Of a DNA stretch of 64,000 nucleotides, positions 1 to 9,912 are shown piece after piece. Source of the DNA: an uncultured Bacteroidales bacterium (GTDB taxonomy: Bacteria; Bacteroidota; Bacteroidia; Bacteroidales; UBA12077); assembly GCA_964585385.1 (NCBI GenBank), contig CAZPDP010000002.1:26143-90142 (forward strand), read 5' to 3'. The translations under genes were made by a program, and so were the position numbers. Position 1 is the stretch's first letter; each line of letters starts with the position of its first letter. The notes under the pieces were generated by a model. The model did no database searches, was not told the DNA's origin, and worked only from the letters and a program-made list of their open reading frames with translations.

Positions 1-2
1 TA

Positions 3-293
3 GTGAATGTCAGGGATTTTGCAAGCGAAGATGCCCTGGTGGTCCCATCCAATATAATCAAACAGGATATGAAAGGGGACTACGTATACATCATTAAACA
101 GGATGAAGGAAGAGATGTTGCTACAAAAGTATATGTGGAGCCGGGCAGATCCTATAACAACAGGACCATTATTACAAAAGGCATGAAAAAGGGTGATAAA
201 GTAATTACTTCCGGTTATACCCAGGTTTCTGAAGGTTCGGAAGTAAACATAAAAGAAAAAGAGAACGTTGTTGACCAGAGATTGGGAAATTAA
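3..293 (+). CDS. Efflux RND periplasmic adaptor (membrane-fusion protein), C-terminal fragment; 5' end outside window
   Basis: ORF open to the window edge and ending about 10-20 nt before the RND permease start; beta-rich C-terminal tail (GDKVITSGYTQVSEGSEV) typical of MFP adaptors. Confidence 0.6.
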   Translation: MNVRDFASEDALVVPSNIIKQDMKGDYVYIIKQDEGRDVATKVYVEPGRSYNNRTIITKGMKKGDKVITSGYTQVSEGSEVNIKEKENVVDQRLGN

Positions 294-311
294 ATTTCAA
301 AAGTGAAGATA

Positions 312-3300
312 ATGGCTAAAGATAACAATACATATAAAGATAAAGCAATAAGAGAATTTAAACTTACTACCCTGGCCCTGAACAACAGGAACACGATTCT
401 TTTACTGGCTGTTGCTATTCTGGGATTTGGTTTGTTTTCATACAGAAACCTGCCAAAAGAGTTAACGCCGGAGGTAGTCATCCCGACCATTATGGTTCAG
501 ACTCCTTATCCGGGAAATCCACCCATTGATATCGAAAATCTTATTACCCGCCCTATAGAGAGAGAGGTGGAGAGTGTAAAGGGCATCAAAGAGATTAATT
601 CGACCTCATCGCAGGGTTTTTCTATGATTCTGGTTGAATTTAATACAGATGTGGATATTGATAAAGCCCTGCAGGACGTTAAAGATGCGGTGGATAAGGC
701 AGAGCGTGAACTGCCCAGCGATTTACAAAGCGATCCGGGCGTCCAGGATATTGATTTCTCGGAGTTCCCGATTATTAATATCAATCTTTCCGGAAATTAT
801 AGCATAGATGCCCTTAATGAATATGCAGAGTACCTGGAAGACCTGATTGAAGAAGTAGACCAGATTTCCAAGGTGGATATTAAAGGGGTGAATGAAAAGG
901 AAATTAAGATCAATGTGGATCCATATAAAATGAAGGCTGTGGGCCTCAGTTTTATGGATATTGAAAATGCAGTAAGGTCTGAAAACATTTCTATACCAGG
1001 TGGTGAGTTACGATTTAATAAAACCAAGCGTTCCATTAGGACAATAGGGGAGTTTGAAAATGTAGTTGAAATACGCAATATCGTTGTAAAAAACGACAAT
1101 GATAAGCTGGTTTACCTGAAGGATATTGCCGATGTACGGATGGGATATGCCTACCCGGACAGCTATGCAAGGCTTGATAAAAATCCCGTGGTTTCATTAC
1201 AGGTGATCAAAAAAAGCGGAGAGAACCTGCTTGCTGCTACCGACCAGATTTTTGACATACTTGATCAATCAGTGCAGGACCATCAAATTCCCGGGGATTT
1301 AAAAATCACCCTTACCAATGATCAGAGCGACATGATACGGAAACAGTTAAACAACCTGGAGAACTCAATCATCCTGGGGGTTATCTTTGTCATACTCGTC
1401 TTATATTACTTTTTAGGTACAAAGAATGCGCTTTTCGTGGGAACCGCCATCCCTATGTCCATGTTTTTGTCTTTTATTGTGCTTGGGCTTATTGGAGGGA
1501 GACTTAACATCATTGTTTTATTCTCCCTGATACTTGCACTGGGATTGCTTGTGGATAATGCTATTGTGGTGGTTGAAAATATTTACCGTTTTGTCCATGA
1601 CAAGGGCTATAAGCCATACAAAGGGGCTTGGCAGGCCGTGGGGGAGATTGCCGTTCCTATTATTACAAGTACCATCACCACGCTTTCTGCGTTTTTCCCG
1701 CTTGCTTTCTGGGGAGGCGTAACAGGCGAATTTATGAAAAACCTCCCTGTAACACTGATTATTGTACTTACCTCATCACTGTTTGTTGCCCTGGTTATCA
1801 TACCGGTGTTGGCTGCAACTTTTATCAGGTTAGGAAAGATACGGAACGATGGCAAAATTGATAAAAAGAAGAACTACCGGATCGTGGCGGTTATTGCTGT
1901 TATTGCCAGTTTCTTTTACCTGGTTAATGTCTATGCCATTGCCAATATCCTATTAATTATTACATTGATTATCTTTTTAAATGTCCTCTATTTTCACCGT
2001 GCGCAATACTTGTTTCAAAATGTTTTCCTCACGCGTCTTGAAAATGCTTACAACAGGCTACTCCAAATTGCTTTGCGGGGCAAAAATCCTCTGAAATTTT
2101 TCTTTGGAACCATACTCGCTTTAATTCTTGTTATCATTTTTATAAGAATACGAAACCCTGATGTTCTCTTTTTTCCTGAAAATGAACCCGATTATATTAA
2201 TGTGAGGGCAGAAATGCCTGTGGGCACAGACATACAGGCAACCGATTCGGTGATGAGAATTGTGGAGGATGACATTATTGAATTTCTGGAACCCCATGAT
2301 AAAATTGTGGAGTCTGTATTAACGACCGTGGGAAGTGGTGCCGGTGAGGGATTTACATCCTCAGGAACCCCAAATAAGGGACTTACGACAATCTCTTTTG
2401 TTGATTACGAATTCCGGGGTGATAAGAATACTTCTGAAATGATGTCGAATTTGAGCGATAAACTGATTGGGCGTTATCCCGGAGTACAAATCTCAATTGA
2501 AAAGAACCAGATGGGTCCACCTGCCGGGAATCCTATAAACCTCGAAATAAGCGGCCGGAACTTCGACGAACTGATTCAGCTTACCGATTCGATCAAACAA
2601 ACAATTGAACAAGCTAAAATACCGGGTATTGAAGGATTGAAAATGGATCTGGATGTTGGAAGACCCGAAGTACTTGTAAACATCGACAGGGAAAAAGCGA
2701 GAAGATTCGGCTTGTCTACCATGCAAATAGCTAACAAGATCAGGACTTCGTTGTTCGGTAAAGAAATATCAGATTTCAAAGTAGGCGAAGATGAATACCC
2801 TATTCAACTTCGCTTGAAGGAAGAATTCAGATACGATTTACCTACTTTGATGAATCAGACCATTAGCCTGAGGGATAACGGCAGGCTTATACATGTTCCG
2901 ATTTCATCTGTGGCCGATATTAAATACAGTACTACATACGGGTCTGTTAAAAGAAAAGACATGGACAGGGTAATTACTCTTTATTCAAATGTGCTGGAAG
3001 GGTACAATGCCACGGAAATCAACAATCAAATCAAGTCTCTGCTTGAGAATTTTGACATCCCGGAAGGTTATAACTACGAATTTACAGGCGAACAGGAAGA
3101 ACAGCAGGAATCCACCGATTTCCTTGCCCGGGCATTGGCCATTGCTGCGGTACTCATTTTGATTATCCTGGTTACCCAGTTTAATTCTCTGATTAAACCG
3201 CTGATAATCATTTCCAGTGTGGTATTCAGTACCATTGGAGTGTTTCTGGGTATCGGAATATTCAATATGGATGTGGTAGTGGTTATGACTGGTATTGGGA

Positions 3301-3767
3301 TTGTATCGCTGGCAGGAATTGTTGTAAATAATGCCATTGTACTTGTGGATTATATTGAGCTGCTCAAATCGAGAAAACGTAAAGAGCTGGGTATTGAAGA
3401 AGGCCAGTTCCTGCCGGTTAAGGAAGCCACTGAATGTGTGGTTGAAGGAGGAAAGACCAGGTTAAGACCCGTATTGCTTACAGCTATTACTACCATCCTC
3501 GGTTTATTACCTTTGGCAATAGGTCTTAATATGGATTTTGGCATACTGCTGAGTGAGTTTGATCCACAGTTGTACTTTGGTGGCAATATGACCAACTTCT
3601 GGGGCCCCATTTCCTGGACAGTTATATTTGGTCTTACATTCGCTACATTCCTGACCCTTGTAATTGTACCTGTAATGTATCGTTTGTCCATTCTTATTCA
3701 AAAGAAATTGTTAAAGCTTTTTAATATGGAACACAAAGAGGGTGCTATTGCCGATCAAAATGTATGA
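312..3767 (+). CDS. Efflux RND transporter permease (AcrB/HAE1-like), unusually long
   Basis: 1154-aa ORF (GTG at 303, first ATG at 312); two large periplasmic loops between TM blocks; conserved TM4-like LALGLLVDNAIVVVEN and TM10-like GIVVNNAIVLVDY motifs. Confidence 0.9.
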   Translation: MAKDNNTYKDKAIREFKLTTLALNNRNTILLLAVAILGFGLFSYRNLPKELTPEVVIPTIMVQTPYPGNPPIDIENLITRPIEREVESVKGIKEINSTSSQGFSMILVEFNTDVDIDKALQDVKDAVDKAERELPSDLQSDPGVQDIDFSEFPIININLSGNYSIDALNEYAEYLEDLIEEVDQISKVDIKGVNEKEIKINVDPYKMKAVGLSFMDIENAVRSENISIPGGELRFNKTKRSIRTIGEFENVVEIRNIVVKNDNDKLVYLKDIADVRMGYAYPDSYARLDKNPVVSLQVIKKSGENLLAATDQIFDILDQSVQDHQIPGDLKITLTNDQSDMIRKQLNNLENSIILGVIFVILVLYYFLGTKNALFVGTAIPMSMFLSFIVLGLIGGRLNIIVLFSLILALGLLVDNAIVVVENIYRFVHDKGYKPYKGAWQAVGEIAVPIITSTITTLSAFFPLAFWGGVTGEFMKNLPVTLIIVLTSSLFVALVIIPVLAATFIRLGKIRNDGKIDKKKNYRIVAVIAVIASFFYLVNVYAIANILLIITLIIFLNVLYFHRAQYLFQNVFLTRLENAYNRLLQIALRGKNPLKFFFGTILALILVIIFIRIRNPDVLFFPENEPDYINVRAEMPVGTDIQATDSVMRIVEDDIIEFLEPHDKIVESVLTTVGSGAGEGFTSSGTPNKGLTTISFVDYEFRGDKNTSEMMSNLSDKLIGRYPGVQISIEKNQMGPPAGNPINLEISGRNFDELIQLTDSIKQTIEQAKIPGIEGLKMDLDVGRPEVLVNIDREKARRFGLSTMQIANKIRTSLFGKEISDFKVGEDEYPIQLRLKEEFRYDLPTLMNQTISLRDNGRLIHVPISSVADIKYSTTYGSVKRKDMDRVITLYSNVLEGYNATEINNQIKSLLENFDIPEGYNYEFTGEQEEQQESTDFLARALAIAAVLILIILVTQFNSLIKPLIIISSVVFSTIGVFLGIGIFNMDVVVVMTGIGIVSLAGIVVNNAIVLVDYIELLKSRKRKELGIEEGQFLPVKEATECVVEGGKTRLRPVLLTAITTILGLLPLAIGLNMDFGILLSEFDPQLYFGGNMTNFWGPISWTVIFGLTFATFLTLVIVPVMYRLSILIQKKLLKLFNMEHKEGAIADQNV

Positions 3768-3852
3768 TAAGCTAACAGCCGATCTGTACCGGAATGTGAG
3801 AAAGACAATAATTAAGGCTGTATAACCGTATGTAATTTGAAAAAATATTAAA

Positions 3853-3860
3853 TACCTTTG
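3853..3860 (+). promoter_or_regulatory. Bacteroidota-type -7 promoter box TACCTTTG
   Basis: Exact TAnnTTTG match 18 nt upstream of the ATG at 3879. Confidence 0.5.
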
Positions 3861-3878
3861 CAGATAAATTAATACAAT

Positions 3879-4157
3879 ATGGGAATAAAATTTTTTCATA
3901 TACCCAGGGCCCGGGAATACGGTTATAAACCCCGGTTTTATGATGAGAGAAAAGAGGAACTGGAGAAAAGGATGAAGGCCATCGATCAGGAACTGGCTAT
4001 GGAGGAAAGGATGGGAAAAGAAGCCTATGTTTCCAACGTTAAGGGCCAGATGAGAGGTTATATGAGGATGGCAAGAAAACAGCGGAAGAAAACCAACATT
4101 CGTTTTGCTATTATTTTAGCCTTTCTTTTTTTACTTGCATATTTGATGCTCAGTTAA
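3879..4157 (+). CDS. Small basic protein with C-terminal transmembrane anchor, function unknown
   Basis: 92-aa ORF preceded by a -7 box; Lys/Arg/Glu-rich N-terminal part, hydrophobic tail IRFAIILAFLFLLAYLML. Confidence 0.5.
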   Translation: MGIKFFHIPRAREYGYKPRFYDERKEELEKRMKAIDQELAMEERMGKEAYVSNVKGQMRGYMRMARKQRKKTNIRFAIILAFLFLLAYLMLS

Positions 4158-4172
4158 TATGACGGAAATTTC

Positions 4173-6005
4173 ATGGCAGATCTAATACAGGTTTTACCCG
4201 ATTCTGTGGCCAATCAAATTGCGGCCGGTGAAGTGATACAAAGACCGGCTTCGGTTGTTAAAGAGTTAATGGAAAATGCGGTAGATGCCGGTGCCACAGA
4301 GATTAACGTGATTCTTAAAGATGCCGGAAAAACTTCAATACAGGTTATTGATAATGGTTCAGGCATGTCCGATACCGATGCCCGCCTTGCTTTTGAAAGA
4401 CATTCCACTTCAAAAATAAAAAATGCCAGCGACCTGTTTTCTATCCACACCATGGGTTTTCGGGGAGAAGCACTGGCATCAGTTGCAGCTATTGCCCATG
4501 TTGAGCTAAAAACCCGGGTGGAGGATGAGGAGATTGGAACCAATATCCGGATAGAAGGCTCGAAAGTGATTGCACAGGAGCCGGTTCAATGTCCGGCAGG
4601 AAGCAATTTTATTATTAAGAATCTTTTTTTTAATGTTCCGGCACGCAGAAAATTTCTTAAAAGAGACACGACAGAACTGAATCACACCATAAAAGAGTTT
4701 CAGAGAGTAACCCTGGCTTATCCGGAAATTCAATTCTCCCTGAGCCACAGCGAGCATTATCTTTATCGTCTTCCCTCATCAAAATTTGGCAAGCGCATTG
4801 TTTCGATTTTTGGAGAGAGCATGAAAGAAAACCTCATACCGCTGGAAGCAGAAACGAAAATTGTAACTGTTAGAGGATTTGTTGGTCACCCCCAAAAGGC
4901 AAAAAAACGAATGGGTGAGCAATTCTTTTTTGTCAATAACCGGTTTATGAGAAGCCCTTACCTCCATAAGGCCATACTCAATTGCTATGATAATCTTATT
5001 TCGCAGGGAAGCGTCCCTGCCTATTTTATTTGTCTGGATATAGATCCGGAAGCCATTGATGTGAACATCCATCCTACCAAGACAGAGGTTAAATTTGAGG
5101 ATCAGCAGGCGGTTTGGCAGATATTAAATGCCTCCGTAAGAGAGGCTCTTGGAAAGAACAACATTGTTCCTTCCCTGGATTTTGATCAAGCTGGCAATAT
5201 GGGTATTCCAACTCCCACCAAAGGCCAGGAAATTAAACCTCCCCGCATTGAGGTTGATCCGACTTTCAATCCCTTTGATTCTGATTCTCCGGGTTCAGGG
5301 AAGTCAGGTTCCAGGGACCAAGGGCACAAAGAGAATTTAATGAACTGGGACCAACTCTATACCCATTTTGAAGATCAAAAAGATCAGCAGACCCTGAAAT
5401 TTGAATCAAAAGCTACGGAAAAAGCAAAGCCTGAGACAGGAGGAACCGAAGAATCACGGTTTTTTCAGTTTAAGAAAAAATATATACTGACCCAGGTAAA
5501 ATCCGGATTGATGGTTATAGAACAGAGTCGATGCCATACCCGCATTTTGTATGATTATTTTTTTGAAATCCTGAAAAAGAAAAACAAGGTTATTCAAAAG
5601 CTTTTATATCCTGAAGAAATTCAGCTAAGCACTTCAGATTATGGTTTAATCACCGAAATGCTGGAGGAAATTCAAAATACCGGGTTCGAAATAGAACTAA
5701 AAGAAAATAACATTGTTAGAATATTGGGCTTACCGTCCGGGTCAATATTTGATAATATTAAAAATCTGATAGAGAAATTGTTGTTTGAATATTATGAATT
5801 GAAAGATGTGTCTTCTTCGCATCAGCATAATGTCGCACTAAGTCTTGCCAGGGCTGCTTCTGTCAAACCGGGGAAGACATTAGCTGCTGAGGAGATGCAG
5901 GAACTGGTTGATAAATTGTTTGCATGTTCAGCACCAAATTATACGCCTGACGGGCAAAAAATAATATCTTTGATTAACACGGAGGATATTGATAAATTAT
6001 TCTGA
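4173..6005 (+). CDS. mutL: DNA mismatch repair protein MutL
   Basis: GHKL ATPase motifs (VANQIAAGEVIQRPASVVKELMENAVDAG, DNGSGM, GFRGEAL); 610 aa. Confidence 0.95.
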   Translation: MADLIQVLPDSVANQIAAGEVIQRPASVVKELMENAVDAGATEINVILKDAGKTSIQVIDNGSGMSDTDARLAFERHSTSKIKNASDLFSIHTMGFRGEALASVAAIAHVELKTRVEDEEIGTNIRIEGSKVIAQEPVQCPAGSNFIIKNLFFNVPARRKFLKRDTTELNHTIKEFQRVTLAYPEIQFSLSHSEHYLYRLPSSKFGKRIVSIFGESMKENLIPLEAETKIVTVRGFVGHPQKAKKRMGEQFFFVNNRFMRSPYLHKAILNCYDNLISQGSVPAYFICLDIDPEAIDVNIHPTKTEVKFEDQQAVWQILNASVREALGKNNIVPSLDFDQAGNMGIPTPTKGQEIKPPRIEVDPTFNPFDSDSPGSGKSGSRDQGHKENLMNWDQLYTHFEDQKDQQTLKFESKATEKAKPETGGTEESRFFQFKKKYILTQVKSGLMVIEQSRCHTRILYDYFFEILKKKNKVIQKLLYPEEIQLSTSDYGLITEMLEEIQNTGFEIELKENNIVRILGLPSGSIFDNIKNLIEKLLFEYYELKDVSSSHQHNVALSLARAASVKPGKTLAAEEMQELVDKLFACSAPNYTPDGQKIISLINTEDIDKLF

Positions 6006-6030
6006 AATTTTTGAATAAAACTGCGATCTA

Positions 6031-6777
6031 ATGAACAATTACAGGACAAGTGGTTTTGCAGGAACACCACCGGTTGTAAAAAACCTTATAATAATTAATG
6101 TTTTAATGCTTCTGGCTCGCTTTACAGCTGAGCAGGTATTTAATATACGGCTTAATTATGAACTGGGGTTATTTTATCCGGGTTCAAACGAGTTTGAACC
6201 CTATCAGGTTGTAACCCACATGTTTATGCATGGGGGCCTGGCACACCTGTTTTTTAATATGTTTGCACTGTGGATGTTTGGACGGGTTCTGGAAAATGTA
6301 TGGGGACATAAGCGATTTTTCATTTACTTTTTCATTACCGGATTTGGCGCTGCCTTTTTGCATATGCTTGTCAATCACATTCAGATACAATCTCTTATGG
6401 GCCAGATGCCGCAGGAGAAAATTGCCACTGTTATTAATGAAGGATTTGATGCCATAAGACAAGGCAAGAATTTCACCGATCCCCAAATGGGAAAACTTAA
6501 CCTAATGATGAATATTCCGACCGTAGGGGCTTCGGGAGCAGTTTTCGGTGTTTTGCTGGCATTTGGTATGTTATTCCCCAATACACAGTTACTATTAATA
6601 TTCCCTCCAATACCGATTAAAGCAAAATACTTTGTTATTTTTTACGGCATTCTTGAACTATGGCTGGGTGTCACCCAACCAGGTAGTAATGTAGCTCATT
6701 TCGCACACCTGGGAGGTATGATATTTGGGTTTATTATGATTAAAATATGGAATGTGAATAAGAATTCGTTTTATTGA
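6031..6777 (+). CDS. Rhomboid family intramembrane serine protease
   Basis: Multi-TM protein with HMFMHGGLAHLFFNM, catalytic GASGAVFG and HLGGMIFG motifs. Confidence 0.85.
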   Translation: MNNYRTSGFAGTPPVVKNLIIINVLMLLARFTAEQVFNIRLNYELGLFYPGSNEFEPYQVVTHMFMHGGLAHLFFNMFALWMFGRVLENVWGHKRFFIYFFITGFGAAFLHMLVNHIQIQSLMGQMPQEKIATVINEGFDAIRQGKNFTDPQMGKLNLMMNIPTVGASGAVFGVLLAFGMLFPNTQLLLIFPPIPIKAKYFVIFYGILELWLGVTQPGSNVAHFAHLGGMIFGFIMIKIWNVNKNSFY

Positions 6778-6791
6778 TAAAAAAATACGTT

Positions 6792-7682
6792 ATGAGTGAT
6801 ATTGGACAACAAATAAAGGATACATTCAGAAGGGGCAGTTCACTTATAAAATTAATATACATCAACCTGGCTGTTTTTATTGTTATAAAATTAATCCAGG
6901 TTTTGGCATTTTTGTTTGGTTTTGAAGGAGTTACGGCATTTTTGATTCAATGGCTTGCCGTTCCGGCCAGTGTTGTAAAGTTGATTACCCGCCCCTGGAC
7001 ACTTTTTACCTACATGTTCCTGCATGAAGGCTTTTTTCATATATTGTTCAATTTTTTGTGGCTTTATGTATTCGGCCAGATATTTCTGAGGTATCTTAAT
7101 GAGAAAAAGCTGGTAAGTGTTTACCTTGTGGGAGGGCTGGCTGGAGCTGCTCTTTATATTCTGGCCTTTAATATTTTTCCTGCATTCCAGGATGTTTTGC
7201 CAAGAGCAATTGCCCTCGGAGCATCTGCTTCAGTAATGGCTATCGTTATTGCCGTGGCGGTTTATGTGCCAAATTTTTCAATCAACCTGCTTTTTATTGG
7301 TCCGGTAAAACTTAAATACATAGCCCTTTTTGCCATTGGTCTGGATATACTCAGTATCGCCGGTTCAAATGCAGGGGGGCACATAGCCCACCTGGGAGGA
7401 GCCATTTTTGGGTATTTTTACATTGCACAGTTCCGAAAAGGAAAAAACATAACCAAAGGGTTTGACAGTTTAATGGATAGTCTTTTTTCTATGTTTAAAC
7501 CAAAGCCTAAATTCAAAGTTACTTATAAAAATCCTAAAACCGATATCGATTATAATAAGCAAAAAATCAAAAGGCAGGAACGAATTAATAAAATTTTGGA
7601 GAAGATATCAAAACACGGATATGATAGTTTAACCAAAGAAGAAAAGGAGATCCTTTTCAAAGCCGGCAATGACAAAGAATAA
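6792..7682 (+). CDS. Rhomboid family protein (second paralogue, with basic C-terminal tail)
   Basis: HEGFFHILFN, GASASV and AHLGGAIFG motifs; ORF opens with TTG at 6774, first ATG at 6792. Confidence 0.8.
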   Translation: MSDIGQQIKDTFRRGSSLIKLIYINLAVFIVIKLIQVLAFLFGFEGVTAFLIQWLAVPASVVKLITRPWTLFTYMFLHEGFFHILFNFLWLYVFGQIFLRYLNEKKLVSVYLVGGLAGAALYILAFNIFPAFQDVLPRAIALGASASVMAIVIAVAVYVPNFSINLLFIGPVKLKYIALFAIGLDILSIAGSNAGGHIAHLGGAIFGYFYIAQFRKGKNITKGFDSLMDSLFSMFKPKPKFKVTYKNPKTDIDYNKQKIKRQERINKILEKISKHGYDSLTKEEKEILFKAGNDKE

Positions 7683-7739
7683 GATTCGTCATTTTATTTC
7701 ATCCAACAGTTTTGTATTTTTATTTTCAAATAGCACAAT

Positions 7740-8849
7740 TTGAGAAGTTTAATAAAAAAAATACTTGTATATTTTAATTACATCCTGGCTGTTTTTATAT
7801 TGCTGGCGGATCTTTCTGTTCTGATTTCTCCCGGCGATATATGGCCTGCAGCCTTTTTAGGTCTTGCTTTCCCGTTTTTACTTTTTCTGAATCTACTCTT
7901 TTTTATTTATTGGGCATCAGTAAAAAGAAAAGAGCTGCTTATTTCACTGATAGCCCTAATCATCAGTGCACCTAATGTTCATAAGACTTTTCAGTTTCCT
8001 GATATTTTTGAAGATAATAAGAAAACCGCAAAGTCAGAGTCAAGTTCGAAATCCCTGAAGGTGTTGACGTACAACATTCAAATTTTTAATCTGTTGGGCA
8101 GAACCCATTTCGGTGAACATCAGCAACAGCTTTTTCATTTCATTCAATCCGAAAACCCTGATATCATTTGTTTCCAGGAATTTTATACGAATGTAGATAA
8201 AGGGTTGAGCTTGAGTAAAATTAACAGCTTGCTGGAAAATTATCCCTACAGGCATATCGAATGGATAGTAGAAGGGGATGCTTCAAAATATGGAATTGCC
8301 ATATACAGTAAATATCGCCTGGTTAATAAAAGCCGTTTGTCTTTTAAGAACACTAACAATTCAACTATTTTTGCAGACGTTCTCTGGGGAACGGATACTG
8401 TGCGTCTTTTTAACAACCATCTGCAATCCATCAAATTTGACAGGCAGAATTATAAATTTATTACAAACCAGGGCGATTATTCGCAGACACAAAAAATTAA
8501 AGAGTTGCAGGACATTTCCTTTCGTTTGAGAGATGCCTTTATCAAAAGAGCAGAGCAGGCAGACCACTTGTCCAGGAAAATTCAGAATTCTTCTTATCCG
8601 GTTATCGTTTGCGGAGATTTTAACGACACTCCGATTTCTTATACTTACCGCAAAATCAGGGGGAATCTAAATGATTCATTCCTGGAGGCAGGACGGGGGT
8701 TGGGTTCAACCTATGAAGGCAAGTTCCCTTCCTATAGGATAGACTTTATTCTTCACAGTTCTTCGCTGGAAACCTTTTTCTATGAAACGAAAAGAGTTAA
8801 GCTGTCCGATCATTACCCGGTGGTGGCAGAAATTCGCCTGGTAGAGTAG
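7740..8849 (+). CDS. Membrane-anchored endonuclease/exonuclease/phosphatase (EEP) family protein
   Basis: N-terminal TM segments, then EEP motifs LKVLTYNI, ICFQEF, CGDFNDTP, SDHYPV; apparent TTG start with no nearby in-frame ATG. Confidence 0.8.
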   Translation: MRSLIKKILVYFNYILAVFILLADLSVLISPGDIWPAAFLGLAFPFLLFLNLLFFIYWASVKRKELLISLIALIISAPNVHKTFQFPDIFEDNKKTAKSESSSKSLKVLTYNIQIFNLLGRTHFGEHQQQLFHFIQSENPDIICFQEFYTNVDKGLSLSKINSLLENYPYRHIEWIVEGDASKYGIAIYSKYRLVNKSRLSFKNTNNSTIFADVLWGTDTVRLFNNHLQSIKFDRQNYKFITNQGDYSQTQKIKELQDISFRLRDAFIKRAEQADHLSRKIQNSSYPVIVCGDFNDTPISYTYRKIRGNLNDSFLEAGRGLGSTYEGKFPSYRIDFILHSSSLETFFYETKRVKLSDHYPVVAEIRLVE

Positions 8850-8943
8850 CTTCATTTTGAGCGTAAAGTGTATTACCTTTTTTTTTTTGGACGCCCTCCT
8901 GTCTAAATACCAGGGATATAGGCTGTTTTCTTATAACGCTGGA

Positions 8944-9912
8944 TTAAATTGCATTTTCATCATTAAAAGGCAGATTGCTCAGGTTAACATTTCCCCCGGA
9001 TAAAATTATCCCAACTTTTTTGTTTTTGAAGAAAAACCTGTTGTCAATAATGATAGAAAGGGCAACGGCTGCAGAAGGTTCTGCAATTATTTTCATACGC
9101 TCCCAAATCAGTCGCATAGCTCTTACAATAGTTTCTTCTTTAGTTGTAAAGATATCATCCATGTATTCGTTGATGATTTTGAAAGTAAGCGGACTGAGTG
9201 ATGTGAGCAAGCCGTCAGCAACTGTATTTGGGCGGTCAACCGGTATGAGGAAACCCTGTTTGAATGACCGGTAAGCATCATCGGCCATTTCCGGTTCTGC
9301 TCCATACACCCTTATATCCGGCTTTATGTTTTTGGCTGTAATGGCTGTACCGCTTATAAGTCCTCCACCACCAACCGGGGCAATGATTGCATCCAGGTCG
9401 GGATAGTCTTCAAGGAATTCTTTCGCCGCAGTGCCCTGTCCGCAAATGACATCATAATTTCCGGAGGGATGAATAAATGTGGCGTTGGTTTTTTCGCCAA
9501 CCTGTTTGTAAGTTTCTTCCCTTGAATCCAGGGAGGGTTCACAGTATGTAATGTTGGCCTTGTAATGCTCTACAGCTTTAATCTTGACCGGGCTTGAGGT
9601 TTTGGGCATAACAATATGGGCTTCTGTATTTCTCATTCTGGCAGCGAGAGATAACGCGGCAGCGTGATTGCCTGAAGAATGGGTGCCTACCCCATTTTTC
9701 GCCTCTTCTTTGTTCAGCTTCATGACGGCGTTACTGGCTCCGCGGAATTTGAAAGATCCTGTCTTCTGGAAGTTTTCGCATTTAAAATAGAGATCAATGT
9801 CCACGATTTCATTGATGCTGGAGCTGGTATGCACCGGGGTCCTGTTAATTTGTTCGAAAATCCGCTTGTGTGCGGCTTCAATATCTTTGAATGTTGGTGT
9901 CGGCTGACTCAT
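8944..9912 (-). CDS. PLP-dependent serine/threonine dehydratase (threonine ammonia-lyase / serine racemase-like)
   Basis: PLP-lysine motif SFKFRGA, glycine loop PVGGGGLISG; 322 aa. Confidence 0.85.
   Translation of the reverse strand: MSQPTPTFKDIEAAHKRIFEQINRTPVHTSSSINEIVDIDLYFKCENFQKTGSFKFRGASNAVMKLNKEEAKNGVGTHSSGNHAAALSLAARMRNTEAHIVMPKTSSPVKIKAVEHYKANITYCEPSLDSREETYKQVGEKTNATFIHPSGNYDVICGQGTAAKEFLEDYPDLDAIIAPVGGGGLISGTAITAKNIKPDIRVYGAEPEMADDAYRSFKQGFLIPVDRPNTVADGLLTSLSPLTFKIINEYMDDIFTTKEETIVRAMRLIWERMKIIAEPSAAVALSIIIDNRFFFKNKKVGIILSGGNVNLSNLPFNDENAI

Noticed and set aside
6031-7682. Tandem rhomboid paralogues after mutL. The second has GASAS instead of GxSG.
   Set aside because: From memory, the mutL-rhomboid-rhomboid-EEP arrangement is widespread in Bacteroidota. 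The Ser and His residues are still present in both, so nothing here is clearly novel.
8878-8888. T11 homopolymer between the convergent EEP and dehydratase genes, considered as a phase-variation tract or terminator.
   Set aside because: It is not inside a CDS or between promoter elements, and no adjacent GC stem is present. It is probably just AT-rich spacer.
9878-9912. 35-nt overlap between the CarboxypepD_reg-like gene and the dehydratase gene, considered as a mis-called start or programmed event.
   Set aside because: The dehydratase N-terminus (MSQPTPTFKDIEAAHKRI) looks native and there is no alternative in-frame start nearby. It is an ordinary same-strand overlap.
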